Under the pieces are notes generated by a model that was not told the origin of the DNA, made no database searches, and worked only from the letters and a program-made list of their open reading frames with translations. From Eledone cirrhosa (Eukaryota): 64,000 nucleotides of DNA. This document shows positions 53,656 through 64,000 of this stretch, in pieces. The translations under genes were made by a program, and so were the position numbers. The stretch covers positions 11,842,001 through 11,906,000 of the forward strand of contig OZ024754.1 in assembly GCA_964016885.1 (NCBI GenBank). The letters run 5' to 3'. Each line of letters opens with the position of its first letter. Position 1 is the first letter of the stretch.

Positions 53656-54178
53656 TTTACATACTTACAATGGCCATCCAAAATCACCGGGAGAGATGAC
53701 CCCTTAGCCTTTGTCAAGGCAGAATTCTAGGAGAAGGAAAACTCTGATATAACACCTGCAACCCTGATGGTATCCAATGATGTTGACTTGTTCTTCTTTT
53801 TGGTAAATATCATCTTTGTTAAGAGAGTGGGACTGGCTTTGTGCAGTACCTTTGCTCACTATAAAAGCTTCACGGCACAGGCATTGCTTTATGTCTGGAG
53901 ATCTCTCTGCACTTGTCGTCACATGATACCATGGGCCCAGCACTATGTGTCAATAATTGTCACAAGTGTAGTGTTTGTACCAGAGTTTTCAAGTCGCTGG
54001 CTGGACTAAAAAGTCACACTCGTTCAGCGCATCGGTAGGGGTTCTCCAACATGGATATAAAGTAGTGGCCGTACTCGAAAAACGAGTTGGCAGCCACCAT
54101 GTATGTATGTATGTATGTATGTATGTATGTATGTATGTATGTATGTATGTATGTATGTATGTATGTATGTATGTATGT

Positions 54179-55625
54179 ATGTTTTCTCTTTCTCTTAATT
54201 TCGAGTATATTTTTTTGACCGGCCACCTTCCTGGTGGCAAGGTTGTAAAAGAAAAGAAATTGTCATCCCTTGAATCGCAAGAATGTTTTGCAAATTTTGA
54301 AGGTGCCAGCTATCGCAGCCATTTGTAGACTATGAATTAGGGAGCTGCGCTTTTTGTCCACAAATCCAAGTTCAGTCATACTTTGGTCCAAGTATTGGTA
54401 TATAACCCGTAGCACCAATAATGAAGGGTATGAAGCTAAAGGTGTATCTTGGATACTGGATTTGTAAACTCCTCATCAATGGTCCGTAGATGTCCTCCTT
54501 CTCCTGTATTTTTCTGACAACGTTTACATCAAGTGGGCAGCTGATCTCCACAACAGAACACGTTTTCAATGTGTGGTCCCAAACTACAATATCAGGCCGG
54601 TTGTGCTTTAATTTGGTGGCAGTTTTTATTTTCAGGTTCCACCAGTATTCCTTAGTGCCATCTGTCTCAATATATTCTTCCTCGTTTGTTGTTAATTTTG
54701 TTTTCCGTGACGAGTGGAGAGATGCTGTGCTGAATAAGACCCGTCCCACCCTTGCAAGCAGGGAAAAGCGGACGTAAAATGATGATGATGATGATGATGA
54801 TGAAGTGCGTTCCAGATGGTTCTAGCTATCCCATCGTGTCTCATGGGGAGGTAGTAGCGAGATGACATTCTTTCGCAGCTGGCAACAATGTGGCTTACAT
54901 CCTCGATCTTTGTTTTACATAGCCTACATTTATTGTCAGCTGCTGGCCCTCCTCTTTTGTGCAGCAGATATTTGGTAGGGAGTTCTTGTTCCTGTATTGC
55001 ATAGAGATATCCCTCAAGGTGTGATGTCATAAACTTGTCGGAACTCCATGCCAGGCTTTTTGAGTGGTTTATCCCCTCTATGGTCTGTGTTTTACACCTC
55101 AAGTATCCATGCACAACTTTTTCTGTAAATTGGTCAATTCTTTTATGTTTTCTCTTTCTCTTAATTTCGAGTATATTTTTTTGACCGGCCACCTTCCTGG
55201 TGGCAAGGTTGTAAAAGAAAAGAAATTGTCATCCCTTGAATCGCAAGAATGTTTTGCAAATTTTGAAGGTGCCAGCTATCGCAGCCATTTGTAGACTATG
55301 AATTAGGGAGCTGCGCTTTTTGTCCGCAAATCCAAGTTCAGTCATACTTTGGTCCAAGTATTGGTATATAACCCGTAGCACCAATAATGATGGGTATGAA
55401 GCTAAAGGTGTATCTTGGATACTGGATTTGTAAACTCCTCATCAATTGTCCGTAGATGTCCTCCTTCTCCTGTATTTTTCTGACAACGTTTATATCAAGT
55501 GGGCAGCTGATCTCCACAACAGAACACGTTTTCAATGTGTGGTCCCAAACTACAATATCAGGCCGGTTGTGCTTTAATTTGGTGGCAGTTTTTATTTTCA
55601 GGTTCCACCAGTATTCCTTAGTGCC

Positions 55626-55627
<2 letters not shown>
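54179..55627 (-). mobile_element. R4/Dong-like (RLE-type) non-LTR retrotransposon 3' fragments, partly duplicated
   Basis: CRLC..EDVSHIVASC..RHD knuckle and NRPDIVVWD..VVEISCP..KEDIY restriction-like endonuclease. 54179-54660 is repeated at 55145-55627; (TATG)n flanks; a short RTE end is inserted at 54706-54802. Confidence 0.8.
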
Positions 55628-55656
<29 letters not shown>

Positions 55657-55924
55657 TGTATGTATGTATGTATGTATGTATGTATGTATGTATGTATGTA
55701 TGTATGTATGTATGTATGTATGTCGGTTTCTAACATAGACACAAGACTCTCTCATTGGAATTTACACAACATCAACTAGGTAGATATGTATGTATGTGCA
55801 GGTATGGATGTTATTGTATGTGTGGATGTGGATGTTTTGAGTTGTATGTGTGCATGTGAATATGCTTTGTATCTGTTCATGTGAATATGCATAGTAGGTA
55901 AGCTTGTATATATATATGTATAAT

Positions 55925-56316
55925 GTATATGAGAAATGAGGCAAGCATGTTCCGTTGGATGTGCAGTGTAAATGTGCGTGAACGACCCAGCATAAATGTA
56001 TTGAGAGAGAAACTATGTCTGAGAGGGATAGAATGTAGTGTAAGGGAGAGGAGACTGAGGTGGTATGGACATGTGATGCGCATGGAGGATGACCGATCGG
56101 TGAAGAAGTGCCAGGAATTGCCAGTTGAAGGAAGACGTGGTAGAGGTAGACCACGAAAAACATGGGCGGAGGTGGTGAGAACAGACCTCAGATCATTGAA
56201 GCTCACGGTGGAGATGACGAGGGACCGTGACGAGTGGAGAGATGCTGTGCTGAATAAGACCCGTCCCACCCTTGCAAGCAGGGAAAAGCAGACGTAAAAT
56301 GATGATGATGATGATG
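55925..56316 (+). mobile_element. RTE 3' fragment ending directly in (GAT)n
   Basis: RRLRWYGHVMR, RGRGRPRKTW, stop then aatgatgatg. Confidence 0.88.
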
Positions 56317-56788
56317 TATGTATGTATGTTCTTCTGGTTTTATAATTTCACAAAGTTTTACCAATAGAGAGAGAGTCGGTTTCTAACATAGACACAAGAC
56401 TCTCTCATTGGAATTTACACATCAACTAGGTAGATATGTATGTATGCATGCATGTGTAGGTATGGATGTTATTGTATGTGTGGATGTGTATGTTTTGAGT
56501 TGCATGTGTGCATGTGTATATGCTTTGTATCTGTACATGTGTATATGCAGTTATTAGATGCAACATTTTTGGAATGTTTTACATAATTTTACTATGTATG
56601 TATGTATGTATGTATGTATGTATGTATGTATGTATGTATGTATGTATGTATGTGTGTGTGTCTGTGTGTGTGTGCGCGTGTGCGTATATGTGTGTTTATG
56701 TACATGTATATCGTGTGTTTTTCTATGTTAGTACGTGTAAAGCTGAGTGCACGCGAAGATCGTATTTATTACGTCGGCCCTAGCAACG

Positions 56789-56844
<56 letters not shown>

Positions 56845-56994
56845 CATTGTAAACTGGTCCTTCTATGGTATATCCAGGTATGGTTGAGATCTGAGAAGCG
56901 GAATGTGTAAGCTTTTGTTGGTAGCTTTGCTCAAACTCTCTTTTTACATCAATTGTCACGCTGGTGGGTATAGAAGCTTTTCACGTACATGATC

Positions 56995-57026
<32 letters not shown>

Positions 57027-58026
57027 ACACAACCTATCTTCTTCTTCTTCTTCTTCTTTAAATGAGGAGAGGAATGGTATACATTATTTTACTAACGTTA
57101 GGGCGGGGAATTGTACCAGTAATGCACTGGGTAATTGCCGGCCTCGTGCCTAAAGTAGAAACAATTATTTTACTAACGTTAGGGCGGGAAATGGCGGAAT
57201 CGGAAGAGCGTCGGATAACATGTTTTGTGGTATAAAGTTACATACTTTTAAATTCTGAGTTCAAATCTCGCCGCGGTTAGCTTTGCCTTTCATGCAGCAA
57301 TACACCTATACACCCCCCCCCCCCCACACACACACACACCACCCCCAACCCACACCACCCACCACCACCACAACACCACCACAGACACAGACACCAACAC
57401 TCGGTGGTTTCGTTCCACCTTTTGGATATACCCGGTCTTGGATAGATCCGCAAGGCTTGGAACTCACCAGGAGATACCCCAGACTGGACTAAGTTTCTTC
57501 TACCATGATCCCCGCCAGAAATGAATCCAAAATGGCTAAGAACCATCACGTGGCCAGTGGTCAGAAAGTTTGTGATTGGTGCCTGTCGGCGAGTAGGCTG
57601 GTTGCTAGAAAGCGCAGCCGAATACTGCCTAAAGTTTTACTCAACCTTACGGGAGTATATATTAAATTCAAAGAGTATATATATAACGAAACCACCGGTT
57701 GGTAAAGACTAAGAGAATTCTGGTAAAATTTATGCGCATTTTTTCTTCAAACTTCTATATTGTACCTAATTCTGTGTAGTCAACTATTTGTCTAGTCAAT
57801 TTCTACAGGCTAGAAGAAATAATTAGATAAGTGTCATATAGCTGTACATCGCGTAAAATAATCTGTATCATTTGTCTATTATTCCTTCATAAGTACATTT
57901 TAAACTTATAGCCTCGTTTAAATGATTTTTTATGTGGTTGATTTATACTGATTGGGAGAGGAAATACTGTATACATTTTATCTAATGATTCTTTGGATTT
58001 ACATCTTTATATATATATATATATAT

Positions 58027-59612
58027 CATCATCATCATCATCATCATTTTATGTCCGCTTTTCCCTACTTGCAAGAGTTGGACGGGTCCTATTCAGCACA
58101 GCATCTCTCCACTTGTCACGGGTCCTTCGTCATCTCCTCGGTGAGTTTCAGTGATCTGAGGTCTGCTCTCATCACCTCCGCCCATGTTTTTCGTGGTCAA
58201 CCTCTACTGCGTCTTCCTTCTACTGGGATTTCTTGGCACTTCTTTACCTAGCGGTCATCCTCCATGCGCATCACATGTCCATACAATCTCAGCCTTCTCT
58301 CCTGTACACCACAACATATCCTCCCTTATAACCAGTTTTTTTCTCAACTCGTCTATGCTTGGTCGTTCATGCACATTGACATTGCACATCCAACGGAGCA
58401 TACTTGCTTCATTTCTCTCCAGCCATCGCATATCCTCTGCAGTTGCTGCCCATGCAGCATCGCGCAGATCACACAGGCATAATATAACCGCCCTTTCATA
58501 CGCAGGGAGAAACCCTTCTTTGTCAACAGGAAGCAGCTCCCTAAACTTCTTCCAACCCGTCCTTATTCTAGATACTATGGCCTCAGAACACCCCTCTCCC
58601 ATGCTAATCTGATTACCTAGGTATCGGAAGCTATCAACCACTTCTATAGAACCCACCTGCATTGGAAAAATGTGTCTATCACTGCAACTTCTACTGTCTA
58701 ATTTCCCTGTACATCTACTGCATATATATTTCTCCCTACCTGTTAGTTTGTCTGCTATCCCGCTACATCTCTTGTGTACCCAAGATCTACATTGTGTACA
58801 TTTTATGGAATTTATGCCAGTTCCTTTCCTACATATCGAACATGGCCATTTCCCTGATGGAATCGGAGTATTGTCCTCTCTTCTACTTATCAACACTTTT
58901 CTCTTAGCTAGGTTCACTCTCAGTCCCCTTGATTCCAACTGCTGTTTCCAGAGCTAGAATTTATTCTCTAGCTCCTCTACTGATTCCGCTATAAGAACCA
59001 GATTATCAGCACAGAGAAGTTCCCATGAGCAGCCAGTCTTAAACTCCTCTGTTATGGCTTGGAGGACTATAATGAACAAGAGCGGGCTGAGGACCGAACC
59101 CTGATGTACACCTTCTTGTATCTGGAATTCCTCACAAAACTCCATATATACTCTAATTTGACCCTTTCTCTAATCAGTTGTGCTAATATTCTCTCTGCCA
59201 CTTTCATAACCCGATCCATCAGCTTTATGCCCCTATAATTGCTCCTCTCTAGAGCATCCCCATTACCATTGGGTATGACTCCGCCATATATAGCTATATA
59301 TGTAGCAATTTATGAGAATACTGCTGCACCAGTCTGTGGGTATGACACCACCATATATAGCTTGATTGATGATGTGTGCAACCAGTTCAGTGCCTACTTC
59401 TCCTGATGCCTTCAGCATCTCAGAAACTATCCCCAACAGTCCAGCAGCCTTACCATTCTTCATTTCCTTAATTGCCTCTTGTACCCTATATTCATCAATT
59501 TCAATAGCTGGTCCCTCTGTCGCGTCTACTGGGGGTAATTTCACTCTCTCCCATTCGTTCTCCACATTCATCAGTTTCTCATAGTGACATTTCCAGGCCT
59601 CCTTCTTTTTAT
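58027..59612 (-). mobile_element. RTE LINE, degraded and internally deleted
   Basis: QGSVLSP, CADN (decayed YADD), PHD-type finger, (GAT)n tail. Confidence 0.88.
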
Positions 59613-59765
59613 CCAAGTTTTTCCTATCAGTATTATATCGTCCGTTTAACTTAGAATCTAATCTTTTCAATGTTATTCGATAATTCTGTCAGACCTTCAA
59701 AACAATCTTCTTGTATTTTAAACTCCCATAATTCTGTCAGTCCCTCGAAAAAAATCTTCTTGTAT

Positions 59766-59994
59766 TTAACCCTTTAGCATTCACATTACTCTCTATATAC
59801 TATTGTATGTTGGTAGTAAACACTTTATCTTACATAATTATCTCACATAATATCGAATCTATGAGATTTTGATGTTATTTATCTTGAGAATAATACCTTA
59901 ACATCAGTATGAGTGGCCAGTTACAGCTGATTTGAACAGAAAGAGATGAGATATTTCTGGCTGGATATGGCCGGTTTGAATGCTAAAGGGTTAA
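59766..59994. mobile_element. TTAA-flanked MITE
   Basis: TTAA-CCCTTTAGCATTCA...TGAATGCTAAAGGG-TTAA. Confidence 0.8.
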
Positions 59995-60243
59995 ACTCTG
60001 ATTACTGTTATATGTTCGTTTAATTAAGGCCAAATTTCTAGGATTATATTGTAACCCCCCGTCCCAACTCGCCACCATTATTATTTGGCTCAATCATAAT
60101 TCAGCGGCTTATATGTTTCTCTTACCAATCTCTTTCACAAAACCACCGCCTCGGCCATCACTCCTTAAGTTTAGACCTGGTTGCTTTTCGATATGCTAGA
60201 TGGACTATAGAATTCTGGAGAGTCTGAAGAATCTAGACACTCA

Positions 60244-63200
60244 ATGACAATGCCAAAGATAAAGATAAATTCACCTCATGTTGCCGGACGAGAATGCAAG
60301 GACTCCTCTTTATTTCGGCCACGGATGGCAAACATAACCCCATCTCCCTCACCCCTCCCTGCACCTCCAACCCATCCCTTCCACCCACCAAACGCAATCG
60401 AAAACTTCAGAGTTGGTACCATGAATGTAGGCACTTTAAAAGGTCGCTCTAAAGGGGTTGTAGAGATGCTTGAACGTAAGGAAGTTGATGTTTGCTGTGT
60501 TCAAGAGACCAGGTGGAGGGGTGGGTCTGCTAGATTCATTGTGGGTAAAAAACGGGCAGGAAATGACAATGGGCTGGGTGGAGTAGGAATTATGTTAGCA
60601 GAAAAATGGGTAGATAAGGTAATTAACGTAAATAGAGTGAACGACAGAATTATTAAAATAAGACTTGTCCTAAATAGAACTACTGTGACAATAATATCCG
60701 CATATGCACCCCAATCTGGACTGCCTGGCGTTATAAAAGCAGATTCTATGAGTCACTAATGTTCACTACCTCCCAACTAACCGACAGTGACTACATAATT
60801 ATTGCTGGCGACCTAAATGGTCATGTTGGACAACATTGTGTCGGCTATGACGGAATCCATAGAGGCTATGGGTTTGGTACTAGAAATGAGGAAGGCTTCA
60901 GAATACTGGAATTCTGTGACACTAATAACCTAACTATCTGTAATACAAACTTCAAAAAACGAGACAATCACTTGATCACCTATAGATCAGGGGAACACGC
61001 CAGTGAGATAGATTATATCCTTACTAGAAGACGTGACAGAGTGTCTGTTGTAAACACTAACCCCCCCCCCCATGAAGACTGCACCTCCCAACATAGCCTC
61101 ATAGTTAGGGACCTCATAGTCAGGAATAGACGTACTCGATGACAAGAGGACTACCCTAAGGAGAAGAATAGGGAAGTTAAAGGACCCCATAGCCAGTAAA
61201 AAATTTAAAAGCATATTACTTGATGCTTTTGACAGTAAGGAAGAGCAATTACAGACGTACAATATAGAGGAACAGTGGGAATTCCTGAAAGTTAACCTGC
61301 TGAAGGTGACAGATGAAATCTGTGGCTGGAGCAGACCTATAGGCAGGAGGAGAGTAACGTGGTGGTGGAACAGTAAGGTGGAGGAGTCAATCAAGGCCAA
61401 AAAGCAGGCTTGGAAAGTATGGTGGGATTGGGGAAGTAGAGAACACTATCAAGTGGCCAGGAGGGAAGCTAGGAGACAAATGTACTTTGCAAGATAGGGA
61501 AGCAGAGGAAAAAAAGTTCAAGCATGTTCTACAATGCGAGGAACAAAAACGTGAGGTGTTCAGGATTGCTAGGCAATGTGTCAAGGAAAACCATGATATT
61601 GTCGGGGAGAAGTGTGTCCATAATGATGATGGTGTACTTGCCATCACTGATGCTGATAAGAAGGCAGCTTGGAAGTGTCACTATGATAGGTTACTAAATG
61701 AGGAGAATAAATGGGAAAAAGATAGTCTGCCCCCACATCGATCCAATAGAGGGACCAGCAGTGCAAGTTGAAGGTAGTATAATAAGTAAGGCAATCAAAG
61801 ATATGAAGACAGGCAAGGCAGCTGGGCCTTTGGAGATAGTTGCTGAAATTCTGAAAGCGTCTGGAACAGTGGGACACACTATGGTCACCCAGATAGTAAA
61901 CCAAGTCATACAGAATGGGGTTGTTCCGAAGGACTGGTGTAGCAGCATCATCATTAACTGCTACAAGGGTAAAGGAGATGCCTTAGATACAGGAAACTAT
62001 AGAGGCATTAAATTAATTGACCAAGTCATGAAGGTCACAGAAAAAGTTATAGTGCAACTAATCAGAGAGCGAATTGATCTAGATGAAATGCAGTTTGGGT
62101 TTGTGTCAGCTAAAAGTACCACAGACGCCCTTTTCCTTGTACGACAACTACAGGAGAAGTACCTAACTAAAAGTAAACCCCTATACTTAGCTATTGTTGA
62201 CTTGGAGAAAGCCTTTGACAAAGTCCCCTGCGCCATTATCTGGTGGGCCCTTAGAAAACTAGGGGTTGATGAATGGCTTGTGAGAGCTATACAAGCCATG
62301 TATAAAGAAACAGTCAGTAAGGTTAGAATTAACAACGAATATAGTGAAGAATTTAGCGTAAAGGTTGGTGTTCATCAGGGCTCTGTCCTTAGTCCCCTCC
62401 TATTTATTATTGCCCTTCAGACCATAACAGAGGAGTTCAAGACCGGCTGCCCGTGGGAACTTCTATATGCAAATGATCTAACGCTCATAGCTGAATCAAT
62501 GGCTGAACTAGAGAAGAAATTCCAAACATGGAAGCATAGCCTAGAATCAAAAGGTATAACTTGTCTAAGACTAAAGTTCTAGTTTGTAGGAAGGAAAATA
62601 GGGCACAGGTCCCCTCTGGGAAATGGCCATGCTCAGTGTGTAGGAAAGGAGTAGGCAAAAATTCCATTTTATGTCCCAAATGCAAAGTATGGGTGCATAA
62701 AAGATGTAGTGGGATCACAGGTAAGCTATCTAAGAACGTAGATTTTATATGTGGCCGGTGCTCAGGTGCAATAAGTAGCAAGTGCCCACAGGATACTAGC
62801 TCCTTCTATTGCTCAGATGGCTCTATAGAAATAGAGGACACTTTCTGTTACCTGGGTGACAAAATCAGCAGTGGTGGAGGGTGCTCTGAAAGTACAGTAG
62901 CCAGAGTCAGAACGGGATGGAAATAGTTTATTGGATGGAAAAAGTTTATTGGCCACAAAAGGCTTCTCTCTAAAAATGAAAAGCAGACTGTATGATGCCT
63001 GCATACGAACAACAACATTACATGGCATTGAGACACGGGCATTGTGTGCAGAGGATCTGCGCAGACTGAAGAGGAACAAAGCATGCATGCTACGTTGGAC
63101 AGCAAAGCATAAATGAACTAAGTGAGAAATTAGGTATAAGAGGGATCAAATGCTGTTTACTCGAGAGAAGACTACGTTGGTATGGTCACGTGATGCGCAT

Positions 63201-63290
63201 GAAAGACGACAGCTGGATAAAAAAGTGCAGGGGGATCAAAATTGATGGAAGTTACGGAGTAGGCAGACCCAGAAAAACCTGGGACGATTT
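60244..63290 (+). mobile_element. Near full-length, inactivated RTE LINE (APE endonuclease, RT, PHD-type finger)
   Basis: GTMNV, CCVQETRW, SAYAPQ, AGDLNGHVG, IDYIL, SQH; RT motifs with YAND; several frameshifts. Confidence 0.92.
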
Positions 63291-63902
63291 TTGATAAATT
63301 CTGGCAATTCTGCCGAATACACTGCCAAGAATGAACCTTTTCCCCTCGCCGTCAGATATCCCGTTCGATTTCCGGCGATCCCAATTCCCGGTGAGACCAT
63401 GTTTTGCCATGTCCATTAACAAGTCACAAGGGCAAACATTGTCGGTGGTGGGCATCCATTTGGGGGAGCCATGCTTCTCCCATGGCCAACTTTATGTTGC
63501 CTGTTCCTGCATAGGGAGCAGGAATGGACTTTTTGCTTAAACTCCTCAAGGGATGACATGCAATATCGTCTACAAAGAGGTGCTACAGATGTTGGTGGAG
63601 GTGTTGGAGCTATGCCGTCTGGAAAACTATTTCCTGGTAGGGTCACCCATGGCGGACAGATCTGACACCCAGCGGCATCAGGGCCACCATTTTGCAACTT
63701 TAGTCTGCTAAATTCGCTATTGGAAGATTATTAACCCATCATTGATTGTCCAAAATGCTAATTGGTTCGTAACTTTTAATAACCGGTTCAATTGCTTTAT
63801 GCACTTAATTGATAAGCTTATTCGCTTTCAAGCCACGTTTACCTGTATGTAACTTTTCATAGCAAATGAACAAACCCGAGCAACGCCGGGCTAAACTGCT
63901 AG
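63290..63902 (+). mobile_element. Helitron 3' end (Pif1-type helicase C-terminus, hairpin, CTAG)
   Basis: QFPVRPCFAMSINKSQGQTL..FSHGQLYVACS; cccgagcaacgccggg hairpin, then CTAG at 63899-63902. Confidence 0.88.
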
Positions 63903-64000
63903 TTATATATATATATTAAAATAACAGATTAAAGTTTAAGCAAAGAATCGCTGCTTTCACCCTTAACGAGATCTTCTGAAACTAAAAAATCAATCTGTGA

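Noticed and set aside
53680-54100. Possible degraded RT segment of the R4/Dong-like element
   Set aside because: Only a faint, frameshifted resemblance to the QGDSLSP region; not supportable by eye.
63331-63540. Host PIF1 helicase gene
   Set aside because: Only C-terminal motifs, fused to an RTE and followed by a Helitron hairpin and CTAG end.

Overview
Repeat-dense, AT-rich eukaryotic genomic DNA, most consistent with a cephalopod (Octopus-like) genome; this is inferred from the repeat content. There are two host genes arranged tail-to-tail. (1) A spliced + strand CREB3/Luman-group membrane-tethered bZIP gene: 7 exons from 17454 to 42771 with consistent splice phases, first exon not found, and an unusual 8-aa Tyr/acidic repeat in the luminal tail. 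(2) An intronless - strand caspase-3/7-like ORF (49821-50681) whose catalytic QACRG reads QASRG, preceded by a compact CRE-TATA-Inr promoter. The rest is RTE LINE fragments carrying a PHD-type finger inside the RT, two tRNA-derived SINE families, a Penelope-like element, R4/Dong-like fragments, Helitrons, MITEs and microsatellites. The most striking hidden signal is about ten type I hammerhead-ribozyme motifs (intact, decayed or half) from at least six unrelated small element families. Most sit between (TA)n tracts, several lie in sense orientation inside CREB3 introns, and several show fold-back inversions. All RNA structures were paired by eye, not computed, and repeat boundaries are approximate.
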